This document shows, piece after piece, positions 25,612 to 39,749 of a stretch of DNA of 64,000 nt. Source of the stretch: Octopus sinensis (Eukaryota). Position numbers and translations under genes: made by a program. The notes under the pieces were generated by a model, which saw only the letters and a program-made list of their open reading frames with translations, did not search any database and was not told the origin of the DNA. The stretch spans positions 1,984,001-2,048,000 of the forward strand of contig NC_043005.1 of assembly GCF_006345805.1 (NCBI RefSeq), written 5' to 3'. The first letter of the stretch is position 1, and each line of letters opens with the position of its first letter.

Positions 25612-26225
25612 CATGTATGTATGTATACATGTATGTATGTATGCATGTATGTATGTATACATGTATGTATGTATGCATGTATGTATGCATGTATGTATGT
25701 ATGTATGTATGTATGTATGTATGTATGCATGTATGTATGTATGCATGTATGTATGTATGTATGTATGTATGTATACATGTATGTATGTATACATGTATGT
25801 ATGTATGCATGTATGTATGTATGTATGTATGTATGTATGTATGTATGTATGTATGTATGTATGTATGTATGATGTATGTATGCATGTATGTATGTATGCA
25901 TGTATGTATGTATGTATGTATGTATGTATACATGTATGTATGTATACATGTATGTATGTATGCATGTATGTATGTATGTATGTATGCATGTATGTATGTA
26001 TGTATGTATGTATGTATGTATGTATGTATGTATGTATGTATGCATGTATGTATGTATGTATGTATGCATGCATGCATGTATGTATGCATGCATGTATGTA
26101 TGTATGTTTGTATGTATGTATGTATGTATGTATGTATGTATGCATGTATGTATGTATATATGTATGTATGCATGCATGTATGTATGCATGTATGTATGTA
26201 TATATGTATGTATGCATGTATGCAT
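25612..26225. repeat. (ATGT)n tetranucleotide tract with CATG variants
   Basis: Direct read. Confidence 0.97.
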
Positions 26226-27025
26226 GTCTCTTCTATTTTTAATTATTATAAATCTTTGACTGAGGCGGGATCCGGTTTCCAACAAAGATACAAGGCCCCA
26301 TCTTTGGGATGTAGATAACACTGAGAAATTCACATTTGGAACTTGCATACTTTTACTGTTCTAATGTATAAATTAGCCGGTCGATTTCTTCTTCTGAAAA
26401 TCCCAGTTTATCCAAATTCTCCTTTAAGCATTTACTAATGCTCCAATTATTATTAATACGAATATGAATTCATAATCTGGAAATAGAATGATGGTGCAGG
26501 ACTGAAGAGGCGCAGACACAATTGCAACCGGAGAGAACTCAGGGAGCCAATCCAAAATTACAGTCCACTTATTTAGATAAACTGTAAAATTTTCTAACAT
26601 CGTCTTGCAGCCACGCCGTGAAGGTCACCATTGTCCGGCAGGTAAAGTGACAACATCTCGTTTTCTTCTCGCCGACGCACAAAAGTCGCATCTTCTCCTC
26701 TGTAATGAGTTTCATACTAACAGCTGTTCCATTTCCTGATGACGTTTCCTTCTTCACTTTGTACTATCGTAAGCTGATAGTGAATAAAATATAAGCTCCT
26801 AGCGAGTCGAGCTCCTCACACAGTTCCGTTTCCGAATTGTCTCTATTTGATATCATTCGTTAATATTCTGTTAGGTAATAAAATGAAACAAAAACTAACA
26901 TACTCTGCTGAATTTCAATTCCTCACGAATATAAACTTGAAACTAACGTAACGTTTAAAAACACCCACTTATATTACATTCGTACATACCCACATACATA
27001 CACACGTACGTTCACAATATGTTTG

Positions 27026-27066
<41 letters not shown>

Positions 27067-27499
27067 GAGCACGTTTAAGGATGACAACAGAATATTTACA
27101 GATGGGGGTCAAACCTTCAATAGAGTAAATCCAAACATATTGAGGACATCAAGTTGGCGAGGACTTCACAATACACACACACAAACATACACAAACACAC
27201 GCACATGCATATACATACATATATATGAAAGCAGAAAACTGGAAAAAATTGAGGTATTATTAATTTTCCATTACACACGTTTCATAACCAAGCAGGTATA
27301 CATGCAGAAAAATGCGTATTATTTCAATTCTCGGTCTGAAAGAAGTAGTAATAGGAAATGTCTTACATGTTTGTTTTTTTACATGTATACCTATGTAACT
27401 CCTATTTGGCAATGGAACGTATGTTGTGCGGATATAAATATTACCAATATTTTTTCCAGTTTTCTGTTTTGATATGTAATTACTTTGCAAAAAGTCGAA

Positions 27500-27897
27500 G
27501 GCGCAGGAGTGGCTGTGTGGTAAGTAGCTTGCTTACCAACCACTTGGTTCCGCGTTCATTTCAACTGCGTGGCACCTTGGGCAACTGTCTTCTACTATAG
27601 CCTTGAACCAACCAAAGCCTTGTGAGTGGATTTGGTAGACGGAAACTGAAAGAAGCCCGTCGTATATATGTATACATATATGTATGTGTGTGTATATGGT
27701 TGCGTGTCTGTGTTTGTCTCCTAACATCACTTGACAACCGATGCTGGTGTGTTTACGTCTCCGTAACTTAGCAGTTCGGCAAAAGAAACCGATAGAATAA
27801 GTACAAGGCATCCAAAGAATAAGTCCTGCGGTCGATTTGCTCGATTTAAGGCTGTGCTTCAGCATGGCCGCAGTCAAATGACTGAAACAAGTAAATG
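27500..27897 (+). mobile_element. tRNA-headed SINE family 2, full length
   Basis: GGCGCAGGAGTGGCTGTGTGGTAAG head, CCTTGGGCAA core, internal (TA/TG)n, CAGCATGGCCGCAGTCAAATGACTGAAACAAG tail; four more copies in the window. Confidence 0.9.
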
Positions 27898-28051
27898 AGT
27901 ATTTTACAGCATTTTCAGCAATACATAAAATATAACATCTACAGCTGTAAAAGCAAGGACTGGAACCAAAGCATCCAAGAAGTTCTTAACAAAGCCTCAG
28001 TGAGAAGGAAAGTCGGCAAATTACAACTGCCTTATATAAATAAATAAATGC

Positions 28052-28110
<59 letters not shown>

Positions 28111-29259
28111 ACCAAGAAAAAAGCAACAAGAATGGATCGGTAGATTAGTACAATTGTTTCATACTATAAACATTTTATTTCAAGCTGCAAATATTACAGC
28201 AAATATAATGTCAAGTATTCATCAGCTAAATCACATATAGGTTTTCCAAATATCTTAGAGAGTGTAAATATCCTTATGAAGTTATAGGAGTGAGTTCCAT
28301 GAATCTGAAGTAAGATTCCAAGCAGACTATATGTTTTCCAACAATACAAAGTTTTTAAAATGATTATAAACATCCCAGAGAAGATAAATCTACTCATAAA
28401 GATGTGGGTATAAGTTCCAAGAGGCATGAGGAAAGATGCTGGTCATACCACGGTTAAGTTCGCATCTAACTGTTGCAGACAAAATTCTATAGTAGCAAGA
28501 AAGACAGCGTTTAGCTAAAGCAAAGGACATCAGGAGGAAAGAAAAGGGGATGTAAGAAGGAATAAAGATACCACAGACACAGGTCAGTCTATATCTGTGG
28601 TGATAGAAAATCTAGGTCAGTGTAGAAGGAATATTAAATTCATAAAAGAACTAGCTTTGAACTGAGAAACTCATAGAATTAATGGTGGGATTGAGAATAC
28701 AGGAAGATCAAAGGAAAACACTAAAGGGGTCATAGGTGGTAGAGGAAGATACAGTAAGAAAATTAAGGTTAACACTAGAATAGAAGGCTATTTTTTTATT
28801 ATTGTTTCTATTTTAACTTATGTTTATATATGGTAAAAAGGAATTTAGGTCAACATCCAGAGGTCAAATAAATTCAATAGCAAATGGTAGGGGAATCTTA
28901 TTCAAAATTCATAGTGAAAATCAAATGTATCACTAAGGGAATAGTATTACATGTTAAATTTAGAATATAATTAGGAAAGATTAGCAGTTTATATGATTTA
29001 AGTAAGGTTAATTAAATTGACTATAAAGTCAATTAAAAATGAGCATAGTACAAATACTATTTATTTATTTATTTTAAAAGATGCAGTTAGAAAGAACAAC
29101 AGTAGGAGAACTTGCAAATTTCTATTTGAAATATTTTAGAGTTTTGATTTTTGAGTGAATGCAAGACTTACCTAACTCTATACGGTTATTTAGTAGATTT
29201 TTTATTTTTTCTATGCTTTAGAATCTCATGTCTCCATGGAACAGAGTTGACAACTCTGT

Positions 29260-31775
29260 CCTAAGTTGTATGGGTATTTTTATAGCCCGTTGTATGCCAT
29301 TTTCTATAAGTAGAGATGGGTATTTTTGTTTGAGCAAAAATTCTCTTAGTTCTGTTAGGCGTTTGTTCCTGATATTTGCATCTTCTACAATGGTACAAAT
29401 TCTTCTGGCTAGGCAGTATGGGATGTTGCGTTTTGTATGTGGTGGATGGCACGACTTAAAATTCAGGTATTGATGTGTGTCTGTGTGTTTATAGTATATA
29501 TCTGTGGTGATGGTGGTGTCCTTTTTAATTACCATTATATCTAGGAATGATAATTCGGTACTACTCATCTACTTTGTAAATTGAAGAGATGGGTGTAGGT
29601 TGTTCAGGAGGATATTGAACTCTTCCAGAGTAATTAGAGATTCTGTCCAGATTATGAAGCAGTCGTCAAGGTATCTCTTCCATGCCTTTTCAATATACTT
29701 TCTAAATCCAGTGCCATAGTTTACCTCCACCTCTTGGTAGAGTTCTAAGTATCTCATTACAGAGTTGGCGTAAACGGGAGCAAACCTCGTTCCCATCGCC
29801 GTGCCTCTAATTTGGATGTAATTCTTACCATTGAAGAAGAATGTGTTGTTTTCTAGAATAAGTTTGACTGTATCTAATATAAATGGCACTGTGAATCTGC
29901 TTGGAATCACTTCTCTATGTTTTTCTAACCAGTATTTAATCGCCTTTATTCCTAAATCGTGTGGAATATTGGTGTAGAGGCTTACCACATTAAAACTTAG
30001 TAAAACTGAATTTGTTTCTGTTGTTTTGGGAAGATGGGACAGGAAGTCGATGTCATCCATGATGAAACTGGGTATGTAAGTACATAGTGGTTTCAAAACA
30101 ATGTCAATGAAATTGCTTAGACGGTGTGTAGGGCATGCTGGACCAGCTATAATAGGTCTAAGTTTTATGTCTTTTGGATGTAGTAATTTTATGTACTCAC
30201 TTTCTTGATCTTTTACTGCATGTTGAATATCTTTTGATTTATGTATTTTCGGTAAGCCGTAGAAGTTGCTGGTTTTGGTTCGAAATTGGTGATGTAGTCT
30301 CTTTCATTATCGGTAAGTGAGTTGTAGTGTTTTGAAATCAGGTTGTTGATCTTTTTCATGATGTGGTGGTCTATATTTGAGGGTATTTCACAATAGAAGG
30401 TTGTGTCCTTCAGTTGGTCCTCAACCAAATCCTTATAGTATTCGGTATCCATAATAACAATTGCACCACCTTTATCTGCTTGTTTAATTATTATTGTTTT
30501 ATCGTTTTGCATACGTTTACATGCAAATATCTCTGATTTGTTAATGTTTGGCCTAACATTGGTATTGCGTCTAAGGGGAAATTTAGACAGGATATCAAAG
30601 TATTGGTCAAGGTAGTTATTTCTTCCTTTTGGTGGGGTGAAATTTAATTTATTCCTTACTAGGGATTCATCAATCTCATTACTTTTGTTAGTGAAGAATT
30701 CTACAAGTCGTAATTTTCGACAGAATTTTTGGATATCCTCCTTTAATTCTTGCTGGTTGGCTGTTGATGTAGGTGTGAATTTCAGTCCTTTTGACAGAAG
30801 TTGGATTTCATCATTGTCAAGATCTCTTTTTGATAAATTAATTATTTTAGGATCTATACGTTCAGTTGTTTTGCGTATGTTTCCTCTTGGATTTTTTCTT
30901 TCTCCGGTGTTTGTTGTACTGACGTAAAAAAAAATGGATTTTTTTCTGTTTATGATTTATATTCCTGTTGATGTTTGCTTGATGAATTTTGCGTTTTGGT
31001 TGTGGTACTTTACTTGGTTTCGTTATGTTTTCTGTCTTGTTTTTCGCATTATGTATATTATTTTTCAATTTTTTGTTAGTATTGTTTTTAACCTCCTGGG
31101 AAATGATGTGGGTTTACTTCCAGATCTAGATCGTTTTTTTTGTCCAGTTTCTTGTGGGTAATCTCTGTTGATGTCTTGAAAATGATCTCCTGTTATTTCT
31201 AATGCTAATGGTCTGATCCAAGGAATATCTATTTTGTTTGTGCTTTTTGTTCATGTTGTGTGCATTAGGGTGTTTGCAAAAAGGGAAGAGTTCTTACCGT
31301 AGTTCGTCTTCGATTCGTAGTGAAACGGGTGTTCATGTTGCCACGTGTTCTGGCGTATGTTGCGTTGGTGAGGTTGTCCACTTTTAATGCTATTTCTCAG
31401 AGTTCTGGTGTCTTTACCGTAATTTGTAGCATATTTGTCGAGAAATAATTGTTTCCGCTGCCAAAACTTTCTTGATCTGCTTTCTTCTTTTGAGATATCT
31501 CAGGTCCATAGTTCTCGCATTTTTTCTGCTATATTGCCGGTCGTTAGTTTGGATATTTCGTCTCTGATTTGATCATCGATAACTTCGTATTTGGCTTTGT
31601 AGCGGGATTGTTTAGACAGGGTAATGGAGATCGGTCCTGAATTTTATCAAACTAAGATCCCATCGAAGTTTTGTTTCTTGATAATTTCGATGAAATTTCC
31701 ATTAGAATTCTTTCTGATTCTGTTAATTTTGTTTGTTGCTTTCCAGACATGTTGGCATATACACAATAGGAATAT
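29260..31775 (-). mobile_element. Penelope-like element, RT region, 3' end (GIY-YIG) missing
   Basis: IKQADKGGAIVIMD, FYGLPKIHK, LRPII, VVSLYTNIP, GTAMGTRFAPVYAN, RYLDD, LSFLD, SCHP..TK.NIPY motifs; several frameshifts. 5' end abuts (TA)n. Confidence 0.92.
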
Positions 31776-31782
31776 AGATATA

Positions 31783-31812
31783 TATATACGGGTGTATATA
31801 TATATATATATA

Positions 31813-31871
<59 letters not shown>

Positions 31872-31892
31872 TATATTATATATATATATATC
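31783..31892. repeat. (TA)n microsatellite
   Basis: Direct read. Confidence 0.96.
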
Positions 31893-32126
31893 AGAACCCC
31901 ATCCACCCCTCTATTTTCTGAGCTGCTATTTCGCCTAAGATAAGATCAACATCACCAATATACTGGAATATATCACATGAGTTCTATTTCTTCCCTACAA
32001 TATTCTGGTGGTTATAAATAATATTCATTACGTATTTATATGTTTTGCTGCATGAAAACATGAAACTAATTATCTTATGTGATAGCGCCACTGATGGCGA
32101 GAAAGATAATACCTGATATCGTACAT

Positions 32127-32158
<32 letters not shown>

Positions 32159-33562
32159 GCACACACACACACATATTTATATATGTGAGTGTATACACGT
32201 ATGTATATCATTAAACTACATTTTTATTATCAATATTCATCAGTATAATTTGCATTATGCATTGTAACATCTCTCTTTTATATTTAACATTTCATATTTA
32301 TGAAGGCCTCCTATTCGATGCGTTTATCAGGACTAAATCACAGCATTCTGTTTGCTTCTGTGTTATCTCTTTATAATTACAAAAAGTTAGTTAAAGGAAA
32401 ATAACTAAACTGGACTAGTGGCATAATTTTCTCTAATCCTGGAAGATTATGTTGGAATGACTGATATACACAGGATATTTTCACTGAAATGGAAATTACC
32501 GGCTAATTTGATAATAGCAAATGCACGCCCAGCTGCAGCAGCAGCAGTTTTTGATGACCTTCAAAGAAGAATGGAGATATTTTCAGTTCGGTTTAGGCAT
32601 GACCGTGTGGTTAGGAAGATTGTTTCGCCAGTAGATGCTTGCAGGTTCCGCTTCATTAAACGGCAAATTGGAAATGTGTGGGAGTTAAATGATTTTAGTC
32701 GATATAAGAAATAATTATGATTCAGTTGAATTAGGTCCCTAAGTCAAGACACCAAACCAGTTTGATACTATCCTCACAGCTCGAAGCAAGGAGAATATAT
32801 ATATATATAGATATAAGGAAAAATATCTGAAAATGTGGGAGTCTTTTGAAAAGATCTTCGAAAGTAAAGTGTGAGGTTTTGTGAATCCTGTTTAGAGTCA
32901 AAAATTAATTTACAAAAATTTTCCTTGTATTGTTTGTCTTGTACTCTGTTTCTTCGTTGTTAAAAAAAGTCCGTTTCCTTGTTTGATTTTATGTTTTCGT
33001 TTCTCGTTGTTGTTCACGTTTATTTGTGGTGTCCTGTACTCATATATGCATGTATATTATACATATAGATGTAGGTATGTACATATAGTATGTATGTATG
33101 CATATGCTTTATTGTTAAATTGTTATTATATATATATATATTTGTTGTGCAAGATTTTTTATGTGAAGTCGTGTGTTGAAACAGATATTGTTATATTTCG
33201 GAATGGTCATTTTGCCAGTTTAGCCAATAAAGACACACGTACTATATATTTGGTGTTATTTTGATTCAGTGTTATTTATTTTTTACATTAATCTTAATCT
33301 TATTTCGGCCAGAGTTCTTTCTGTGACCGCATCAGTGGTCCTTTGTTTTCTTCTTTCTTATTTGTGTCTCTCCTTACAAACCGTCAGCCATTTTGTATTT
33401 CTATTGTATGTCTTCATTTGCGCATGCTTATATCTCGATGTGCGTCTATGTTTAGTTAGTGTGTGTGGTTTCCTGTACTCATATATGCATGTATATATAC
33501 ATATAGATGTAGGTATGTACATATATGTATGTATGCATATGTTTTATTTATTTATCCTTTCA

Positions 33563-33952
33563 TTTTTTTACTTGTTCCAGTCATTTGACTGTGGCCATGC
33601 TGGAGCACCCCCTTAAAGTGCTTCAGGACTTATTCTTTCGGTCTCTTTTTGCCGAACCGTTAAGTTACGGGACGTAAACACATCAGCACCGGTGGTCAAG
33701 CGGAGATGGGGGACAAACACAGGGACAAAGATACCCACTCATAGACACACACACACACACACACACACATACATACATACACACACATACGACGAGCTTC
33801 TTTCAGTTTCCATCTACCAAATCCACTCACAAGGCTTTGGTCGACTTGAGACTATAGTAGAATGCACTTGCCCAAGGTGCCACGCAGTGAGACTGAACCC
33901 GGAACCATGTAGTTACGAGGCAAACGTCTTACCACACAGTCACGCCTGCATC
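33563..33952 (-). mobile_element. SINE family 2
   Basis: Reverse complement of the 27500-27897 family with internal (CA)n. Confidence 0.88.
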
Positions 33953-34048
33953 TACACACACGCGCGCGCGCGGCTTGAGAGACGAACGAAAGGAAGTGCC
34001 ACACAACACATTTGGTAGTACTTATATATATTATCAAATAACAGTTTA

Positions 34049-34162
34049 ATTCGGATCCATGCAACTAAATATTTCGTGAGCTCGTAAAACGAATCGGTTA
34101 CCAAAAGCTGAAGCTAGGTTCGTTTTACGAACCTGCGAAACTTAAGTTGTATTGAACCGAAT
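34049..34162. repeat. small imperfect hairpin (MITE-like)
   Basis: ATTCGG...TCGTAAAACGAA versus TTCGTTTTACGA...CCGAAT inverted homology. Confidence 0.55.
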
Positions 34163-34181
34163 CAGAAAGCTATTAAATAAT

Positions 34182-34217
<36 letters not shown>

Positions 34218-34272
34218 GTATATATATATGTGTGTGCGTGTGTGTCTGTGTCTGTGTGTGTGTGTATATATA

Positions 34273-34470
34273 GTTAATCCAAGCATGACAACACAAAGAG
34301 AAAACACAACAACGCGAGGACGTGGAACAAATATAGTGTTATTGGACACTCAGGAAAGGGAAGAAAGAAGGAGGATTTAACGTTTCGAGCGGAGCTTTTC
34401 GTCAGAATCATAGGAAGAGGAAAGATCCAAGGAAGGGAAGACGGAGGAAAAAAATCGCCAACGATACACA
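34273..34470 (-). mobile_element. short Penelope-type terminal repeat with hammerhead core
   Basis: Minus strand 34409-34374 reads GATT-CTGACGA-AA-AGC-TCC-GCT-C-GAAAC-GTT-AAATC; located between (TG/TA)n tracts. Confidence 0.55.
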
Positions 34471-34516
34471 TATATATATTTTTTTTCATAGCTTTCTGAT
34501 TCGGTTATATATATAT

Positions 34517-34551
<35 letters not shown>

Positions 34552-34581
34552 AAATAAGTACCATATATATATATATACATA

Positions 34582-34783
34582 TTTCTATATTGCCCACAAG
34601 GGGCTAAACACAAAGGGGACAAACAAGGACAGACAAAAGGATTAAGTCGATTACATCGACCCCAGTGCGTTACTGGTACTTTATTTATCGACCTCGAAAG
34701 GATGAAAGGCAAAGTCGACCTCGGCGGAATTTGAACTCACAACGTAACGACAGACGAAATACGGCTACGCATTTCGCCCGCCC
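34582..34783 (-). mobile_element. SINE family 1, 5'-truncated
   Basis: Reverse complement of core and tail. Confidence 0.88.
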
Positions 34784-34874
34784 TTTTTAGTAGAAGAAAT
34801 AGATATAACCCTTTGACTGCTATTTCTAAATTCGGTATGTGGTAAGGCAACTCGTTGCTAACCCTTATTGCTTA

Positions 34875-34923
<49 letters not shown>

Positions 34924-34947
34924 TAGATAGACGTGAATATTATGTAC

Positions 34948-34991
<44 letters not shown>

Positions 34992-35062
34992 ATATATATA
35001 TATATATATACGTACATAATATATATATATATATATATATATATACGTACATAATATTCACG

Positions 35063-35099
<37 letters not shown>

Positions 35100-35101
35100 A
35101 T

Positions 35102-35465
35102 ATGGTACTTATTTAATCGACTCCGAAAGGATGACAGGCAAAGTCGACCGCGCATTTCGCCCGGCGTGCTAATGATTCTGCCAGCTCGCCGCCATATATA
35201 TATACCATTGCGTTTGTATGTATGTGTGTATGTATGTGTCTGTGTTTATGTGTACGTGTGTGTCCTTGTGTCTGTGTTTGTCCCCCCTCCATCCCTTGAC
35301 AACTAAGTTTGGTGAGTTTACGTACCCATAACCTAGCGATTCGGCAAAAGAGTCCAATAGAATAAGTACCAGGCTAACAAAGAATAAGTCCTGGGGTCAA
35401 TTTCTTCGACTAAAAGGGGGTGCTCTAGCATGGCCGCAGTCAAATGACTGAAACAAGTAAAAGGC
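35102..35465. mobile_element. back-to-back SINE fragments: family 1 (-, internally deleted, 35102-35192) and family 2 3' half (+, ~35225-35465)
   Basis: Sequence similarity to other copies in the window. Confidence 0.8.
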
Positions 35466-35999
35466 AAAAAGAATAAAAGAATATGTGAGTGTGTGTATGT
35501 GTGTGTTTCTATGTGTGTGTGTGTACACAAACAAACACTCGGATATATGCATATATGTGTATATAGGTATCTGGCTATCCGTTTGTCTATCTTTGTATGC
35601 AGAGGGAGAGATATGTACGTACCACTACCTTCTATCGTAAGTTGGTACTTGAAGAATTTTGCTTCGATTTTTAAGTCTTAAAGTCATTTCGGGCCTGTTA
35701 GAAACCCTTTTATAAATCAAAGATGTTGAAGAAATGCAGTCTGTTCAATTGTAAAAAAAAAATCATATAAGCATAGCTATTACATGAATGTGGATAGCTT
35801 CAGCCATGGCATATCGACCTCATGGTATGAAGAAATCATTGAGTCCTGATCAGATGTAAACGGAACCTGTCAACTAGATTCTCATCCCATATTACCAGAG
35901 CAAGCCTGTTGGCCAAATTCATAAGAAACTGGAATCCGTAACAGGCGAAACCCAGTAACATTTATTTCTTAATAGTTCTTCCAGATATTGCTTGTGGGG

Positions 36000-36185
36000 A
36001 ACAAATTTTAGGGGAAGGGAATCAGTCAATGAGATCGGATTTGGTGCCAGCTGGTAACTTATGTGATTGATTTCGAAAGTAGAAGGCAAAGTTGATGTTG
36101 GCCGCATTCCAACTGAGATGGCCAAGTGCCAGAAGAGATGGCGCTTCGGATGTTGTCGGACACGCTAACGACTCTGCCAGCTCGA
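36000..36185 (-). mobile_element. SINE family 1, highly diverged
   Basis: GCTAACGACTCTGCCAGCTCG head and AAGGCAAAGTTGA core remnants. Confidence 0.6.
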
Positions 36186-36444
36186 AACTGAAAGAACATC
36201 TCCAATGCCCAGCGGCAGCAGCGTGGCGAAACCTTCTGTTGACTCTATCAGTGCTAAAATAAATCGTAAATGATGACATAATCACAGAGCAACGGATCAA
36301 TGGCGAAGTCTCGTTCGATCACCACCATGACAGTAATAACAATAACAAAACAAAGAAGCAACAAGACAAAAAAAGAAAAAAAGAAAGAAAGAAAGAACTG
36401 TGTAAACGAATTAAACGCTGTTTAGTATCTTCCACTTCATTTTA

Positions 36445-36481
<37 letters not shown>

Positions 36482-36636
36482 GTCTCAGTACATATGTATG
36501 TATGTATGTGTGTGTGTATGTATGTATGTATGTATGTATGTTTGTATGTATGTTTGTATGTATGTATGTATGTATGTATGTTTGTATGTTTGTATGTATG
36601 TATGTATGTATGTATGTATGTATGTATGTATGCATG

Positions 36637-36668
<32 letters not shown>

Positions 36669-37460
36669 AATGTATGTATGTATGTATGAATGTATGTATG
36701 TATGTTTGTATGTTTGTATGTATGTATGTATGTATGTATGTATGTATGTATGTATGTGTGTATGTATGTGTGTATATGTGTGTATGTATGTATGTTTGTA
36801 TGTATGTATGTATGTATGTATGTTTGTATGTATGTATGTATGTTTGTATGTATGTATGTATGTATGTATGTATGTATGTATGTATGTATGTATGTATGTA
36901 TGTGTGTATGCATGTCTGTATGTATGTATATATGTATGCATGCAAGCATGCATGTATGTATATACAAATAAATATATATATAATATATGTATGTAAAGGG
37001 AATAAAATACACACATATATATATACACACACACATATAATACACACACATTTATGTATCTATATGCATGTATGTATTTATCTATTTCAATCTCCTCCTC
37101 TGTCTCTCTCTCTCTCCTTACACACACACACACACACACACAGAATGGCCATCATTCTGGAATCTGATGAATGGCAAGAGATTCCAGGAAACGCAACATC
37201 CGGGTATCTGTCACTTAACGATCTAAAAATAATCTTAATGCACATACAAGTGAATATACGTACAGAAGGAATCATATGCCTTGACGTATATCATGTGTAT
37301 AAACACACTGATACACATACTGTACACACATATACACATATATACTGTATGTATATATATACATACGTATATATATATTCATATAAATGCGCACTCGCGC
37401 ACGCTGGTATATTGACATTCTGCTATACAGACATTGACATACAGAAATATACACATATTC

Positions 37461-37518
<58 letters not shown>

Positions 37519-37537
37519 ATTATATACATATATATAT

Positions 37538-37610
<73 letters not shown>

Positions 37611-37643
37611 TATATATATATATATATCTATATATATATATAT

Positions 37644-37676
<33 letters not shown>

Positions 37677-37677
37677 A

Positions 37678-37736
<59 letters not shown>

Positions 37737-37860
37737 ATATATATATATACTATATTATATATATATATTATATATATATATATATATATACGAGTGTGTG
37801 TGTATATGATATGTATGTATACACGCACATATATTTACTTACTGTTTATATGCACATACT
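36445..37860. repeat. large (ATGT)n, (CA)n and (TA)n microsatellite complex
   Basis: Direct read. Confidence 0.95.
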
Positions 37861-38720
37861 GATAGTCTTATGAATATTGCAACATTATTCCACTAATATT
37901 CCCTCAAATACGCTGAAATATACACATAAAGATACTAATATGGAGGCAGGCAGACACAGTTACACACACACACACACACACATTCACACAGACGTACTCG
38001 GCTAAAAATTGCGCCACTGGCATTGTGCACCCTATTTCTATTTAAATGGTCCCAGAAATATAAGCTGAAACACGCAGTCAATAAGTTGGGAAAAGACGAA
38101 AAGGCCTGTCCACAAGGCAGAGGAAAGAGAAGTGACGGATATGATAAAATGGAGAAAGAATCATTAGAGAAAATGAAGGAGAAAATGAATGAGTGAGTGA
38201 AGGAAAATTGAGAAAATCGAAGGATAATATTATTAATATAAGCGTCCCGTGCGTTACGTCTACTTCACGTTTTGGGATTTCGCACTAACGGAAATTGTAA
38301 AGTAGGATAAAAAATTTCGAGATACAGTCTGGAGTTTCGCTCTTATGGAAAATCAATTGCGTAGTTTAAAATTGTAAATAATTTAAAGTTCCACCTGCAG
38401 CACTTAAATTGACCACAAAAATTAAAAGCAAAGGGCTGGCACATATAGAGGAAGGCCTTCAATTTTTTGCTGATAATGAGAAGTTTATAAGGAGTTCAGT
38501 TCCTACACTGAGCCGTAAAAAACAGATGATATCGCATAAAACAAAAAACAGCTGGATAAGTTCTTTATCCCTCAATCTGATGTTGGTGATAATGACCAAC
38601 ACCCCTCACACATCTTTTGTGGTAAGAACATATTCTCACCGTATTACGATTATTTATTAATTTGCAAACGTATTCGTCTTGAGATTTTTTTTGGTATTTT
38701 TTTATATCTATAGTGTTCCG

Positions 38721-38990
38721 AATTGAACGTAGAAATGGCAAGACTGTATGGAATGCGAGAGTGTAAAGGGATACCAGTGGTGATCGGAGCGTTGGGCTCA
38801 GTCCCATCGAGGCTTCAAGACTTCTTAAGGCAACTGCAAACGCCATGCAAGATTGATGTCTTGCAAAAAGCAGCCTTATTGGGCACAGCGCACATCTTAA
38901 AGAAACTATTATCTGTCTGAGATCCTTGTTGTGACTTGACAGATGACTAAAGATTCCGGTGCATCTTTACCTACACTTTGTTACGAAGGC
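38721..38990 (+). mobile_element. R4/Dong family F, 3' fragment
   Basis: EMARLY...IPVVIGALGSVP...QKAALLGTAHILKKLL*. 3' UTR related to family E; followed by (TAA)n. Confidence 0.85.
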
Positions 38991-39083
<93 letters not shown>

Positions 39084-39098
39084 TATAATAATAATATA

Positions 39099-39130
<32 letters not shown>

Positions 39131-39188
39131 TTAATAATAATAATAATAATAATAATAAAATAATAATAATAATAAAATAATAATAATA

Positions 39189-39220
<32 letters not shown>
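38991..39220. repeat. (TAA)n microsatellite
   Basis: Direct read. Confidence 0.97.
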
Positions 39221-39223
<3 letters not shown>

Positions 39224-39749
39224 TACAAAGGAACTACGAAGAAATTAAATACCACCGATATTATTCAACCCAAGAATAACAATCGGGGGGTGCGTACCTT
39301 AAACTTACAACACAAAATGTACGAAAAACTACACGTGCAAAACAATGTGACAACAGAAATGAACGGACCGGTACCCTACGAAAATGACGACCGTCAAAAT
39401 AATGGGCCGGACGTTGTTCCTCGTGTCCCGCAGATAAAACCCAAAAGACATAAATGGACACGTGAGGAATACATTTCTATCCTACACGCTTACTTCACAG
39501 CAGTGCTCTACCCCAAAAATGTAAACACAACAACACATACATATAAAATATGAAAGGAAAATAACATAAATATAGACTTGGATACAGCAATGAACCCTAA
39601 TAAAATAGCTAACGTACGAAGATACATTCTCAAAGCAAAAAAAATATCAGAAATAGAAATAGAACATCTAAAAGAAAAAAAAAAGAAAAAAAAAGAAAAA
39701 CTACACCAAGAAAATGTAGATAGAAGCCACACAACGATGCCCATTAATA

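Noticed and set aside
25497-26348. Long ORFs such as (HTYI)n, (MYVC)n, poly-I, poly-Y and poly-N here and at 18-21 kb, 36-38 kb, 46.4 kb, 51 kb and 61 kb
   Set aside because: Stop-free frames of microsatellites; no coding evidence.
26240-26860. Possible piggyBac transposase relic (also 57400-58400)
   Set aside because: Only scattered resemblances (WLPEF, SQRF, DKFQKIR); no TTAA/TIR or catalytic motifs confirmed.
28140-28800. Possible CR1/L2 3' relic (also 38420-38640)
   Set aside because: Only WNSL and LDKF-like hints; cannot be delimited.
38225-38410. Possible non-autonomous Helitron-like fragment
   Set aside because: No terminal hairpin or CTRR end identified.
39405-39480. HDV-like ribozyme candidate (TTCCTCGT) near the family A 5' end
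   Set aside because: No P1/P2 partners or J4/2 could be assigned by eye; it lies in the apparent coding frame.
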